The notes: generated from the sequence alone by a model not told the origin. Counted from the whole stretch's first letter, positions 26,546 through 40,889 are shown. The stretch is 63,479 bases of DNA, filler included, from Octopus bimaculoides (GCF_001194135.2; 8 parts of 8 records of this genome joined end to end with filler, not necessarily neighbours in it); one strand, 5' to 3'. Translations and numbers: made by a program.

Positions 26546-29500
26546 AAAAAATGAAAAATTGAACGATTGGAATTAACATAGTACATAATGGTGAACTACA
26601 TTATTATTAGAGAACGTGATAATTATGAGCTAATTTAATTAGATTGCACTATCTTAAATTATCAGAAACCGGCATTTACTAATATAGGCTAAGTACAGAA
26701 CAATAATGGAACAATGATTAGATCTATTTAAGTCACACATAAATAACAATAATAATACTACAACAACAATAAAATAACATGAATAATTTAGGGTCAGGCA
26801 TCAAATAAAATTTAAAATTTAAAAAAGACTTAAAGAAACTATTAAAACGTTTGAAACATCCTATTCATTAAAGTTAAGTAAAATACACACTAAACTGACA
26901 GCAATTGTAAATGTGATATGGCAAAATGTAAGTAAAGCCATATACCATGAATAGATAAAGTTAAAAATTTTAGTTTTGGCAGGAATATTATACATTAAGG
27001 TGAAATATCAAAAAATTGCTATAAAAGTTAAATTTTAATTTAAGCAGCATAAATTTATAAGTTTTATAGGTGTTAATAATTGTATTTTAAGCTAGGGATG
27101 AAATGAAGATATTCATGTTCTTATATTATAAAAAATAGATTTATATGGGTACCAAAAAATATGTATGTCTGGAGGTAATTATGAGGTATAAAATGGTCAT
27201 GTAGAGTAGAAAAACACATCGTGGAAAAACAAAGATATAAGTTAGTCAAATCACTAAAATCAAGATGAAGTTAATATGTGATTTTGTAGTCACAATAAAT
27301 AAGAATTATAGAAAATATTTAATATATCCAATATCTAAAATATTTAATATATCCAATATCTAAAACTAAAATTACTTAATTAGCGTATCTCTATAGTAAC
27401 TACAATCCATTCTAGACTACAGGAAAGTTAATGATATAGCTTGTATTTATAACGATAAGGTGAAGATAGACATATTTTGTATATTTGAAGGATAGATTTA
27501 TAGTTATAGAGGTACCAAAAAATATGTATGTCTGGAGGTAATTATGAGGTATATATAGATATATATAGATATTTCCTCTTAGTGTGAATATAGTTCATCA
27601 TAGTAATCTGTGGGTAAAATACACGTCTCTCCTGAAATTCAACTGAGAACTGAACCAACTAATTTCGTTTATGTTTCAAAACACATCAATGAGCACTTAT
27701 CAAATATATGTATAGCCTATGCATCCTCGGATGCTAACGTTTATTTTAATGTTTATATTATAGCATTATTGCGGTAACTAAGTTGAAATTTTCAATACAA
27801 TATATTACCTGTACACGAATTTAAGATTCCTTATTTAATTGAACATACTGAAGGGTATGCATATCTAAGCAGCATAATACTATTATATATTAGGTCTAAT
27901 GCTCTATAAATGAAGACGATAAAATTACATAGGTGGAAATTTATTTCATTGATATCAAGATGGTTGCCGTAAAATAAATAAGGATAATACAGTATATTAT
28001 CTATATGTCCATCTCTTCCCTCACGAACCTAACATTATATAGACATTATATTTTTTATTTCGTGGCTGTTAGCTTTTGTTTATTACAAAATGAAATACGT
28101 TTTTTTAAATGTTTTTGCTTTTCTGTTAGCAATAATTGATTAGTATGCATGACCTATGATCTCGATTTTTCCCAACCATAGTCTCACATTTGCATAGAAA
28201 TATTTTTTTTATGGGGAAGAATTGACCTAACGTACAATCTGTTTATCCACTTACCCTATTATAATAGTTTTCCTATACAGCAACACTTAGGTATTTTCAT
28301 TAACAAATATTAGTAATATACTTTATCTCTGAATTTCATTTACATATAAATAAGCTCATTAGGATTTCAGTATTATAATTTTTTTTCATTATAAAAGTCC
28401 AATAACTACAAAATAACTACACAATACAGAAACATTCACAGTACTTACGTTATCTCCCAAGTCAGCTATTCATAAACAATAGTACGTTCTATATTCTATA
28501 GTTGGTAGTGTTTTGCCTCTTTTATTCTGTCGCATGCTGTACATTGTCTTCCTTAAGAAATTTTTTTTTCATAATTACAAGAATTCAATCGATATTTAGA
28601 GACGATTCTATAAATTATATCCTACTAAGAACAATGTATAAAAATCGAGACATTTTATTTGCTTTAGTAGACATTTTCCTTTGGAAATAAATGCGTTTAT
28701 TTTCTACAATGAGGCATTGCATGATATTAGTGGGGACATAAAATCATTTCCTGGCTGAGCTGAAGAAAAACATAAAAGATTTTCTTTTGAAAACTGCATC
28801 TGATAAAAACCACAAGCCACAATCTAATCCGAGATGAAAGAATGTGCGTGATCTTAATGTCATTAGTGCATGCGTACACACACACACACACACGCACACA
28901 CACGCACACACACTCACACGCGCGTACACGCACAAGCGTACACACACATACGCCCACACACATAATTACATGTGTTTGTGTGCGTATGTAAACGTACGTG
29001 TGTACAAATACTTATATAAACATACGTATATACATATATGAATTCATACATACGTATATACATACATCTTCAGCATGCATATAAACAATGATATAATCCT
29101 TGTAATCGGTCGATTAAGACTGGGTCTAAGCGTTATTTAACTGAGATAAAGGAATCAGCACACACAAATGTCAAGCACATACATATACAAATATGCTTCT
29201 ATTTAATGTATGTATGCATGCGTATATATATATATATATATATATATATNNNNNNNNNNTGTGTGTGGATACAAGTACATATATATATATATATATACGT
29301 GTGTGATAGAGAGTTAGCAATTGATAAACAGAGAGTTAGAGTCAGCGAGAGAAACAAAGTTAAAGAGAGTGGAAGGCTAGAGATAATTAGAAATAGATAC
29401 GTGCACGTCAATTGAGTTGAGTAGGAAAAAATATCAATTAAAACGTGTATCATGTGTAAACGTCACATAGCATTAAACTATCATCAATAACGAAATAATA

Positions 29501-29962
29501 GGCAGTTAGAATCTTCATCTTATCAAGATACCCATGAAATAATTACTATGAAATTTAGTCAAAGTTCAACGACATTTTAACTCGCTATCGTTCTAAAATG
29601 CCCATAGGTAATCTAAGAATATTATTAACACGTTAGTAAATGCGTAGTTTAGTATATTTCTTCTTAGTGAAAATATATTTTATATTAAAAAATAATTCTA
29701 ACATAAGTTTAAAAAGAAGGAAGCGGTAAATGCTTGAAGAAGTCTATGAATGGTGAAGAGAATATGAAGAAGAATTAATACAAAAAATATCTTAGTCTCT
29801 CATGTATATCATAAAGACATAAAAAAGTTATAAGCTGACATTAAAGTGAAGATACGAATGACACCAAGTTAAAAAAATATTAAAAGAATATTATTTAAGT
29901 GAGAATATATCGAAATACGACTAAAATTGTGATGAATAAAATTTTCCTTTCTTTTGGCTAAG

Positions 29963-30086
29963 ATCAAAAACAATTTATAAAGCTGAGCAAAATGGTATAT
30001 GCGTGTTTGAAGACCTATCCACGGGTAGAATATGAATCCCATATATATTATTTTAAAATAACATATCGATTGGATATGTGCGGCCG
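29963..30086 (+). CDS. Candidate internal coding exon of an unidentified gene
   Basis: Acceptor ttttcctttcttttggctaag, donor CG|gtaagt; open phase 1 to 2: DQKQFIKLSKMVYACLKTYPRVEYESHIYYFKITYRLDMCGR. Confidence 0.35.
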
Positions 30087-32818
30087 GTAAGTTTCATTTT
30101 ATTTTCTATTTGGAACGCTCATAACATGAGTTAAATTTCCGACAGAACATTATCGGTGTGTTAAAGAAAATATTCAATGTCACCATATGCTCAGGGAAGT
30201 TTTAATAACTGACAGAAGTTCTATAAATAAAACCTCTCGCAGCGACGTATATTGTTTGAAACATTTCGCCTAAGTTGGTAGAGACGCATTAAACACGCAG
30301 ACATACTTAAAATCATCTCTTCATCAGCTTAGGAATAGGCCTGTTGTAAACTTCTACGGGCCATAATTCTGAACGAAGGTCATACATCATTAAAGTCAGA
30401 ATAATAAATCGATCATTCATTATAAATTGAATTCCAAATTGAATTCGAGGTTACGGAACATATTTGTTGTCATAAAATTCTCGAATAAAGGTCTTGTATC
30501 TTAGAGTTAAGTCAATATATTTCTGATTAACTTAGATCGATGATTTACTTATAACAATTGCATTATTACAGCATGCTGTGAATCGATTACACAAGATGAG
30601 ACAAGAGATCTGTGTAAATCACCTGTATAATGAAATTGTGAAACTTATATAGAGCGGTTATATTCAATATATTGTTATATAAATACGAAACAAATCCTGC
30701 ACATATCCTTATATTTACCGATAGATCGATAGTCTAGGTTAAAGAATGAAACTACAGAATACAGAGGGTGTCACGATTGTAACTGAGTGATCATTTAAAT
30801 ATCACTTCGGTATCAATAGTTAGTTATTTTATTTTAAATAGCCAAATATTATATATCGCGAAATATTAAAATTCAAGAATGCTATTGATCACAGCTATGG
30901 TAAATAGTAATACAAACTGTATTAGAAACTATAACGTTTAATATAACTGGTAGTTGGATTATGACGCTATATATATAACATCAATATGTTGAAAATCAAT
31001 GAACAATTGAAATATATTTTATGTAACACAGGTTTATTCTTTTAAGTCTGTGTTATGTATGAGTGAAGATTTCTGTTAAAACTATATGAAATGTCAAGAG
31101 TAGGAAGATGAGAATCCGCAGTGGACTCATGAATAAATAGTGGCTATGAAACCAGATAATCAGCAATTGAAACAAAATGCGTCTGTGAGAAAACTCATTG
31201 ACGTTTGATTGTCCGAATGTCTACTGGTAAGATTGACGAAATTGAAGAAGATAGTGCAAATGCTCTACTGGACTGGAACCAACACTGGTGAGGTGCATGA
31301 GAAGCAGAGCCGGGGTAAACTAAGAGTTACTGGAAACTGTGGGTGATCCAAAACTACGCAAAGCAACATAACATCGTCAGGTAAATTGAACTGAAGCTAG
31401 AAATAAAAAGTAGTACTGTTAGTTTGATAGTGATTTTGTCTACATCTCAGAAGCAAGAGTCAGGGCATATGTTAATCACTGCCCCGATCATGACCATCCT
31501 CTAGATGTTCAGGGATTAAAACTCCAGAAGATGGATATGATGAAATCTCTTTCATGTAACCCAATCATTGCAAAGCACCAAATCAGATAACAGCTTAAAA
31601 GCATGATGTAGCTGTCCAAGGAGCCAAGGCAGGAGGAAATGAAATGTCTTGTAAAGCTGCGGAATAACATCAACAACAATGTCATGATACTGAGGAGGAA
31701 TAATTCTTATAAAAGATAGCGGTAGTAAACAACCAGGAAATCCGTGTGGTTTCCTGATTATTTCCTAAGAAGAGTCGCAATCAACAGACCTGCTGTAAAT
31801 GTGAGATGGCCATTCACCTGAGAGCCACGTTCAAGGATGATTCCAAAGACGGCATAAGACAGTACCGGTCCTTAATCATTTCACATTCAGTAACTCTGGA
31901 ATTCAAGAGAGAGAAGCGCTGTTGAAAAAAGATTCAAGAGGTAGTCAAGAAGATGAGAGCAAATTCATTTTCATAGACAAATGGGACACTTTCGTATACG
32001 AAACTTTTTAGGTTCTCCACAGCTCCAGACAGCCCTTTTTGCTTTGGTGACTTGGAGGATAGAGAAACGATCTTAGACGGGGTTATGCAGAAGGCGTGTA
32101 GATTACCAAGGACTAAGTGTTACAATAACCTATAGTCACTTTAGAATACTCTCACAACTCATTGTTGTGGAGATGATTTACTTCAGCACTGTTGCGAGGC
32201 ACATGACAGAATAATTCATCATTAGAGCATTTTCATATAAACAAAGAAAATCATGTTTTAATTTTAAGAAAATATATAAATTTTTATGCGAAATATATTG
32301 TATTTTGGTTTCAATGAAATGTTTTATTCACCTCGGAACAAAATAGCAGAAGAAATAAATTGAACTGCGAATGAGTTATGATTTTGTGTTGGTAAACACT
32401 GTTATGTCACATGTATTAGAGTCTTTGTCTCTACCTTGCCTTCTACTCACTGCAGTATTCAAACTGGCTTCGTTATTTTTATTTCTATTAAAAAGAATGA
32501 TTAAGCAGAGTTAAAGTAAATATTTCGTTCCTATTATTACATGGAAGGATCATTTTTACAATTTCGTGCTTTTTTGCAAAATAATACATCAGTGACTTTG
32601 CTATTGACAGGAGGATGTTTCCATCATGACAATGAAATTTGTAGTCACGAAAGTGCATAATTTTGTGCATAAACATACTTTCGTTTTATTCCAAGCAAAC
32701 AATGGCATACATATTGACATTGATATTATATCTGACTGACAACATAATGATATCCATGCGCACTAACGCTGTGCATCTACTAGCTTTGTTTCTATCTAAC
32801 GTCTTTCAATTTCGCAAT

Positions 32819-32880
<62 letters not shown>

Positions 32881-32949
32881 TGATAGAGGGATGGATGGAT
32901 GGATGGATGGATGGATGGATGGATGGATGGATATGCATATGTATATATA

Positions 32950-34312
32950 GAGGGTGCTTCGGCTAAATTTGATGCTATTTATATCTCCTTTTTTAAGGAA
33001 CAACTTGGTGTATTGGTGAGCCGTCAACGGCGTCGAAGAGCTTAAATATTCAGGCTGCAGTAGTGATGTGGAGAAAAGAAGCCGTTTGGAAATGGAAAAG
33101 ACTTAACTGTATCATGATGATTTGTGCCGGTCGGCAAAATGCCAGCATCATGATTCCTGCACGAAGTTCTATGAACAATGTAGAGACTATAAGATGTCAT
33201 GTAGGTAAGTGCAACGGATACCATGGAGCTTTGGGTGACAAGAATGCATACAGCTGGCGTTCTGACTATGGTAGTACGCAGCAATTCGTCCAATGACTGC
33301 AGGATAGGGTGACGGAGAAACTTAAGCAAGCGACTCCCTACTTTGGTGTGAGAGATAGGTGTTGGAATTGTGACCGTGAAGTTGGACCTGAATGAAAACC
33401 ATTTCCTAAAAGTCGTACCAAAAGTGCAAAGAATAGATTCAGACAGCTAAGGTTAAGGAGAACTTTCTGATAAAGTCTAACAACCTACCAAACAACCTAA
33501 GGCGTTGATGATCCGGTTCTTCTCTGATAAAAAAAGAAACTCCCGCCAGGACAAGTTGCACAACATAAACAACAACAGGTGGCTTGTTTACAATCCATAT
33601 GACGTCGCGTAACAGTAAAACCAAGTTACCCTACAAACGTTATAGACTTTCGTTTGTGTCTCCACTGAAAGTGACGTAATGCTGCCCCATATCTTTGAAC
33701 GTAACCCCAATTCAGACGGCTATGTAAAGCTGGCAGGAAAGGGTTGCTGCTAGAACGGCCATATCTATGACAGGAAGATTTGGCTCCTTGCCATAACTTC
33801 GGAAACACACAGAAGTGTTTGTAGGAGAATTTCTACTGCTGTCCACATAATTTCTATCATAATTTCTCTGAGCGTAATCCCATGGATTACTGTATACTGG
33901 GTGCGGTTGAGAAAGACACCAATACGAAAGCTGAGGTGTTGGTGAAGATCAAGGAGGTGTTTAAAGATCTTCCTTTGGGGACAGTAGGGAACGCATGCGC
34001 GAGGTTCAAGCGGTGGTTCGAACTGAGTGCAGCTACTTTCAGTAAACGTTTAACTCCCGGACGTAACATTCACTTCTGTGTGTTTCCGAAGTTATGGCAA
34101 GGAGCCAAATGTTCCTGTCATAGATATGGCCGTTCTAGCAGCAACCCTTTCCTGCCAGCTTTACATAGCCGTCTGAATTGGGGTTACGTTCAAAGATATG
34201 GGGCAGCATTACGTCACTTTCAGTGGAGACACAAACGGAATTTATTTTTGAATGGGATATTGTGTTTTCTCGTCCTTTTATATAAACTCTCAAATTTATT
34301 CAATGCACCTTA
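32950..34312 (+). mobile_element. Decayed Tc1/mariner DD37D (maT-like) transposon with degenerate TIRs and TA flanks
   Basis: Peptides VSTESDVMLPHIFE, RPYL.QEDLAPCHNFG and NPMDYCILGAVEKDTNTKAEVLVKIKEVFKDLP..NACARF. Ends gagggtgcttcggctaaatttg / caaatttattcaatgcacctta, each flanked by TA. Confidence 0.75.
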
Positions 34313-34390
34313 TACAAGAATATTATGTACAGTAAATTCAAAATGTTGGCCAGTTAAACCATCGTCAGACTACGATGCATTGAAGTGTCT

Positions 34391-34421
<31 letters not shown>

Positions 34422-34661
34422 CACACACACACACGTAGACACACATGCACGCACACACACATATATACACATGCACCAACACACACACACATGTATATAT
34501 ATATATATATATATATATACGCACACATATGTACTTATATTAAGACTTCAGTATAAAGCTTTGATATAACCATGGGACAGAGCGACTCTACTCAAGTAAG
34601 AACATCTAGTAGATATTATCCTATTTAAATGAATGTAGAACAAATGTAAGTACTTCACCAT

Positions 34662-35125
34662 AGGCGTAGGCATTAATGTGTGGTAAACAGCTCCATTCCC
34701 AACCACTGAGTGGCATCTTTGACAAGTGTCTTTTACTATAGCCACTGGACGATTTCGATGGATTTTGGTAAATGGAAGCTGAAAGAAGATCGTCGTATAT
34801 ATGTGTGTGTGTGTGGGTGTGTGTGTGTGCGTGCGTGTGTGTGTGTATGGGTGTCTGTATATGTGTGTGTGTGTGTACGTGTGTATGTGTGTGTATATGT
34901 GTGTCTGTGTGCGTGTGTTTGTGTGTGCGCACGTGGGGCGCGTTTTTGTCTTTGAGCTTGTCCCCCAATACCGCTTGACAGCTGGCGTTTCATTTCTAGA
35001 CACTAACAGAATAAGTTCCAATCTTTAAACAAAAAAAATTACTGGGGCCGATACCTTCGACTAAAAACTTCTTCACGGCCGTAGTCTAATAACTGAAACC
35101 ATAAAAACCAGTAAAACATGAAAGA
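34662..35125 (+). mobile_element. SINE family A, diverged full-length copy (two partial minus copies follow at ~35160-35370)
   Basis: Homology to 2728-3223. Confidence 0.7.
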
Positions 35126-36240
35126 TGAAAGATAGTATATTATGCGGAAGATATATATAGTAGAAAACACTTGCCCAAGGTAACACACAGTGGGACTGAA
35201 CCCGGAACCATTTACATGGTAAGGAAGTTTCTTACCACACAGCCACTCCTACGCCTTTCAGTTTCCGTCTACCAAATCCACCCACAAGGAATTGGACGAC
35301 CCGAGGCTAAATTAAAAGACACTTGCCAAGATGCCACACAGTGCGACTGAAACCGGAATCATCTGGTTGTTAAAGGAGCTACTTTATTTCATAAGTATTT
35401 GGCATGAACGCATTACAAGGAGGGGATGAACAAGGACAGACAAACATAAAAGAGTGTAGTAGCTATTATGTATTGATTAAAAATTTACGATCTAAAAATA
35501 CAATAATTTAATGATTATATTTAATTATTATATTTATAATTTTCGACTTAAGCGTTGCTCATTACAAACTGCAATTTGTAATGGCTTCCTTGAAGAATAG
35601 GCCTTCGACCACCAGGGTAGATCCGTTGCTTTTTCTTTCCTTATCTTATGGCTTCCACTTACCTGGTGTCACGTTGTTATGTCTCAAACTACTGCTATCT
35701 AGCACCTTCAAAAGATCTCTACTCAACCGCTACACACCTGCTACTCGAATGCTGCTCAAGTGCTATTGAACACTCCTACCTCGACGACACTACCACGCAA
35801 CAGGCTTCCATCTTCCAGCTTCCTCGCCACAGGCTTCCATCTTTTCATGAATCTGTCTCGTGACAGGCACTTCTTCTCCAGCCTGATATTACTACAGAGG
35901 TGGTAACTAAAAAAGTTAACCAACCCCTGGCCGGATACAAATGTACCCATCACTATGCCTCTAACATGCGTCTTCCATGCTGTTTTTTTCAGTATGGCTA
36001 CTAAGTAAAGGAGCTACTTACCACACAGCCACCCTGCGCGTATGTTAATAATAAACAGTTATTAACTTCCCAATCTCCATTCTCATTTTTGTCTTTCATA
36101 TGAATATAAACTATATACTTTCATATATATATATATATCACTTTAAGGAAATGAAATTCCCAAGAATACTGGGTATTGAACCAGTTCTTCCTTGGGTGAA
36201 ACCATGCATTCATGAGGTTAACACAACCTCAAATCGAATT

Positions 36241-36286
<46 letters not shown>

Positions 36287-36713
36287 NNNNNNNNNNNNNN
36301 NNNNNNNNNNNNNNNNNNNNNNNNNNNNNNTTAATTAATTAANNNNNNNNNNNNNNNNNNNNNNNNNNNNNNNNNNNNNNNNNNNNTACACAACGAGTTA
36401 GTGAGTTTATTATAGTTTCTGGTTCTTTATGAGAAAACTGAATCTAGTTTTGAAAGCTTGTCCCATTCTGGAACAATAGCAGCGAGGCCTAAGAACTTTT
36501 TTTTCTGAATTAAGAAACAGCTGAAGTCGGTGGCAGTGGCGTAGTGTCTAAAGCACCACGTGACCTCGTTGCCGGAGCACTATTTGACCTCTCTGACTGA
36601 CTTTCACCTTTTGTTTCAATGGATGCTTGCGCAAAGGTTTCACATTGCAAACTAAAAAACGAGATCGACTCAGTTATTGTTGTTGTTATTGTTGCTTTCA
36701 TTGGCGTTGTCGT

Positions 36714-36761
<48 letters not shown>

Positions 36762-37109
36762 CGACGACGACGACGATCGATGAAATCGCTGTGGGATGGC
36801 TGCAAAAATGTGGCATTTTAGACGAAATGCATTGTGCTAATTTACCTGCGTCACTTTCAATTAAGCAAATAATGTTGAGTATCTTTCTGTTCTTTTATTT
36901 ATTTGACTGGAAGCAAATTTTGGTAATTTACTCTCCAGGCTCTTCCAAATGTAAATTCATAGAATTTCATTCATTTGCGTTCTGTTGGAGTAGAACTTTA
37001 GAGATACAAGTGGTTTCTAGTACTTTAGTTCATTTACGAAATTGTTTAATTTTGTAACAGAGAATTCTTGTAGACCTCGTAGCACATATATATATGTTCA
37101 GTAATATTA

Positions 37110-37555
37110 ATTTCAAATTTTGGCACAAGGCCAGCAATTTCACGGGGAGGGTGCAAGTCGATTACAACGAACCCGATGTTCAAATGGTACTTATTTCATC
37201 GACCCCGAAAGGATGAAAAGAAAAGCCGACCCCTGCAGCATTTGAACTTAGAACGTAAAAACGGAAGAAATGCCGCTAAGCATTTTGCTCCTCACGCTAA
37301 CAATTCCAACCAGCTCGCTGCCTTAATATAGATGTTACGTAACATAGGTTTCAAATTTTGGTACAAGGCCACCAATTTCGGTAGGGGTGGGGAGTTGATT
37401 ACATCGACCTCAGTACTCAACTGGTACTGATTTCATCGACATCGAAAGGATCAAAGGCAAAGTCAACCTCGGCGGAATTTGAACTTAGAACGCCAAGACG
37501 GACGAAATGCTGCAAAGCATTTCGCCCGGTATGCTAACGATTCTGCCAGCTCGCC
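37110..37555 (-). mobile_element. Two tandem SINE family B copies
   Basis: Units at ~37110-37325 and ~37345-37555, same orientation. Confidence 0.75.
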
Positions 37556-37977
37556 TCCCTATAAACTCACAAGATGTACGTTAGATGTACGTATTTATGC
37601 CTACAAAAGCGTGTGTTTCAGTTAGACTTCTGATGTAGATATTTAACTTCACGAACAATTTGAGCAGTTTTACATTGGTTTGTATAATTATCTGTACATA
37701 TATAATGCATACCTGTGTGTGTAGCGCTGCATATACATGACGGCGCGTGCTTTTGTGCGTGTATGTATTCATATACATACATGTTACAATCACAGTCATA
37801 TACAAACATACATACATGTTGTGTGTGTGTATGTGTGTGTGTGTACGTGCGTGTGTGTGTGTGTGTGTTTGAATGGACAAGATGTTTAGTGCAATCGCTC
37901 TGATTAATCCTATAAAAATGAACTGTGAATTAAAATTGATTAAATTAAAAATACATATGTTGTTGTAGTTGTTACTG

Positions 37978-38053
<76 letters not shown>

Positions 38054-38211
38054 CAGACTTCATCATAATAGCCCTATTGTAACCTTTCTTGAATTACAAG
38101 AATGACAATAATAGTGACAATAAGAACAATAGTACAATTCCAACTGCTACTACTACTACTGCTGTTGTTGTTGTTACTATTATTAACAACAACAACAACA
38201 ACAACAACAGC

Positions 38212-38263
<52 letters not shown>

Positions 38264-38337
38264 CTCTTCACAAACAATAGGATATATTAAAATCGGTGTA
38301 TGTTGAGTCATTCTACTTTACTATCTTGCTGCTGCTG

Positions 38338-38399
<62 letters not shown>

Positions 38400-38430
38400 G
38401 CTGCTGCTACTATTACTACTACTACTACTA
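37978..38430. repeat. Microsatellite cluster (AGAT)n, (AAC)n, (AAT)n, (CTA)n
   Basis: Direct reading. Confidence 0.95.
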
Positions 38431-39587
38431 TTACAAGAAAGAACTAATATTGCAATGTTCAGTAAGTAAATACTTTAAATAGAAGTGTTCACGATATGAC
38501 TTACTTCACACGAACCTTGGGAAGCACGGCACTACCTTTCTGAAAGTAAAACTAAGATACTATAACAGGTAGAAGACTAGTTAATGGCTTGCATTGACTT
38601 ACTTAGGGAGTTTGCGTATGTATGTATGTGTCTGTGTATGTATGTATGCATGAATGAACGTAGGCATGTATAAATACATGTGTGAGTGTGTGTGTTTGTA
38701 GAAAGAGAGAGGGGTGGGGGGGAGAGTAAGACAGATTGATAAATTGGTGTATATATACATGTATATGTATATATCTGGCCGCATAGCGTTTACCGTTTGT
38801 TTTCTTGTCTTGTTTTCTTTTCCGTTTGTTTTCTTGTCTTGTATTTTGTCCGCCACTACATTCCTCCGTGACATAAGTTTAATTTGTGTATACAAATTTA
38901 ATCTGCGGTCCATGGGAAGAGCCATTTTAACGATGCGTGCTGCCCTACTCTTCGAAACGCCGGTGTTAAAATGGGGGTAGTTGGTGAAGGAAAGTGTTCT
39001 CTATGTGGCCTGTGTGTTTTCTGTACTCTGGTTATTATTATTTTCTTGTCTACGTTTTCTTTACAATGTCCTGTACCCAGATATGCACCTATATATACAG
39101 GTAGACGTAGGTATGCACATACCTGTACGTATATATGCATATACTCATNNNNNNNNNNNNNNNNNNNNNNNNNNNNNNNNNNNNNNNNNNNNNNNNNNNN
39201 NNNNNNNNNNNNNNNNNNNNNNNNNNNNNNNNNNNNNNNNNNNNNNNNNNNNNNNNNNNNNNNNNNNNNNNNNNNNNNNNNNNNNNNNNNNNNNNNNNNN
39301 NNNNNNNNNNNNNNNNNNNNNNNNNNNNNNNNNNNNNNNNNNNNNNNNNNNNNNNNNNNNNNNNNNNNNNNNNNNNNNNNNNNNNNNNNNNNNNNNNNNN
39401 NNNNNNNNNNNNNNNNNNNNNNNNNNNNNNNNNNNNNNNNNNNNNNNNNNNNNNNNNNNNNNNNNNNNNNNNNNNNNNNNNNNNNNNNNNNNNNNNNNNN
39501 NNNNNNNNNNNNNNNNNNNNNNNNNNNNNNNNNNNNNNNNNNNNNNNNNNNNNNNNNNNNNNNNNNNNNNNNNNNNNNNNNNNNNNN

Positions 39588-39654
<67 letters not shown>

Positions 39655-40423
39655 AATATCGCTTGACAACCGATGCTGGTGTATTTACGTCCTCGATAGA
39701 AAAATTACTAGGCTTACAAAGAATAAGTCCTGGAAGTGATTTGCACGACTAAAGACGGTGCTCCAGCATGGCTGCAGTCAAATGGCTGAAACAAGTAAAA
39801 GAATATATACATGCACATACACACGCACACAAAAACACATACACACACATGCATGCACACACACACACATACACACACATATCTGTTTATGAGTGCGTGA
39901 CGTTACACATCCGGTGCAGTCGTTCTGGCTTTCCCCAAATTACTTGCGGAAGTGTGGATGTAATCTCGTCACACTTCTCTCTGTGCTGCGACTCTCTTTC
40001 CACTCTGTGCGTTCTACCCTTGCTTGGGTATGCTGGTATTTCATTTGGTCTGTCAACGCGTTTTCTTTTCTATCTGAACATTCTGCAAAATACTGCCTTC
40101 GGCATTCTTGAATGCTCATGCGTAAGATGGGAGTTGGATGAGAAAACCGCAAATGAGGAAAAAATGTCATCGTCAAAACAAACCCAGCAAGCAAAAAGCT
40201 ACCTATAGAGTCTTCCGTTGAAATATTGGTTTACACAGGCACTTAAGAGCTTGTTGCTCTTCCGCACGATCTTCGGAAGGAAAGACCTGACCTCATGATC
40301 ATCATCATTTGTATCGACTGAATCTCTCCATTTTCAAGCTTATTAATAATATTTGATGTTTTATAATATATTTATTGAAGAAATATCTCTTCAAAATATA
40401 ACAAGGTTATCTTATATATATGG

Positions 40424-40600
40424 GAGAATGTACGAAAAAAAAAACAACAGACGAGGACAGGTGGTGTAAACAACAAAAGGATGTATTAGTTTGACGCTCG
40501 GGAATACAGAAAGTCTTTAACGTTTCGAGCTACGCTCTTCAACAGAAAGAATACGGAGAAAACAAGGAGAAAAACACGGAGAAAAAAATGATCGGTGTTT
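40424..40600 (-). mobile_element. Penelope-like terminal repeat, young family (copy 1)
   Basis: ~115 nt identical to the reverse complement of ~56994-57110; contains the CUGUUGA motif. Confidence 0.55.
40514..40550 (-). ncRNA. Hammerhead-like motif, variant core CUGUUGA (copy 1)
   Basis: Minus strand TCTTT-CTGTTGA-A-GAGC(GTA)GCTC-GAAA-CG-T-T-AAAGA; identical to the + strand copy at 57004-57040. Confidence 0.6.
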
Positions 40601-40847
40601 GGTTAACGATCTATCATGGCTTCTTATATATATGTTATTGTTTCTTGTCTTTTTTTTAACTATATNNNNNNNNNNNNNNNNNNNNNNNNNNNNNNNNNNN
40701 NNNNNNNNNNNNNNATATATATATATATATATATATATATACCAGAGTAAGCACATAAAATGTGCAACAAGGTGGTAAAAGGAGTAATCAAATACCAGAG
40801 GTAGAGTAATATGCTTTATTTAAAAGCAGCAGAAATATAACAAATGA

Positions 40848-40885
40848 CTGTTACTCAGAGTTTCACGTTCCCGTTCATCGAACAG
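40848..40885 (-). ncRNA. Hammerhead-like motif, variant core UCGAUGA (left arm of palindrome)
   Basis: Minus strand CTGT-TCGATGA-ACG(GGAA)CGT-GAAA-CTC-T-GAG-T-A-ACAG; helix II closed by a GNRA loop. Confidence 0.5.
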
Positions 40886-40889
40886 TATT

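Noticed and set aside
28250-28770. Minus-strand splice-like signals (gtaagt donors near 28250 and 28444, strong acceptor near 28768)
   Set aside because: They give only 17-18 nt micro-exons or frames that stop within 20 codons; no coherent gene model.
31100-32150. GC-richer block, possibly a decayed LINE
   Set aside because: Stops in all frames and no motif I can assign.
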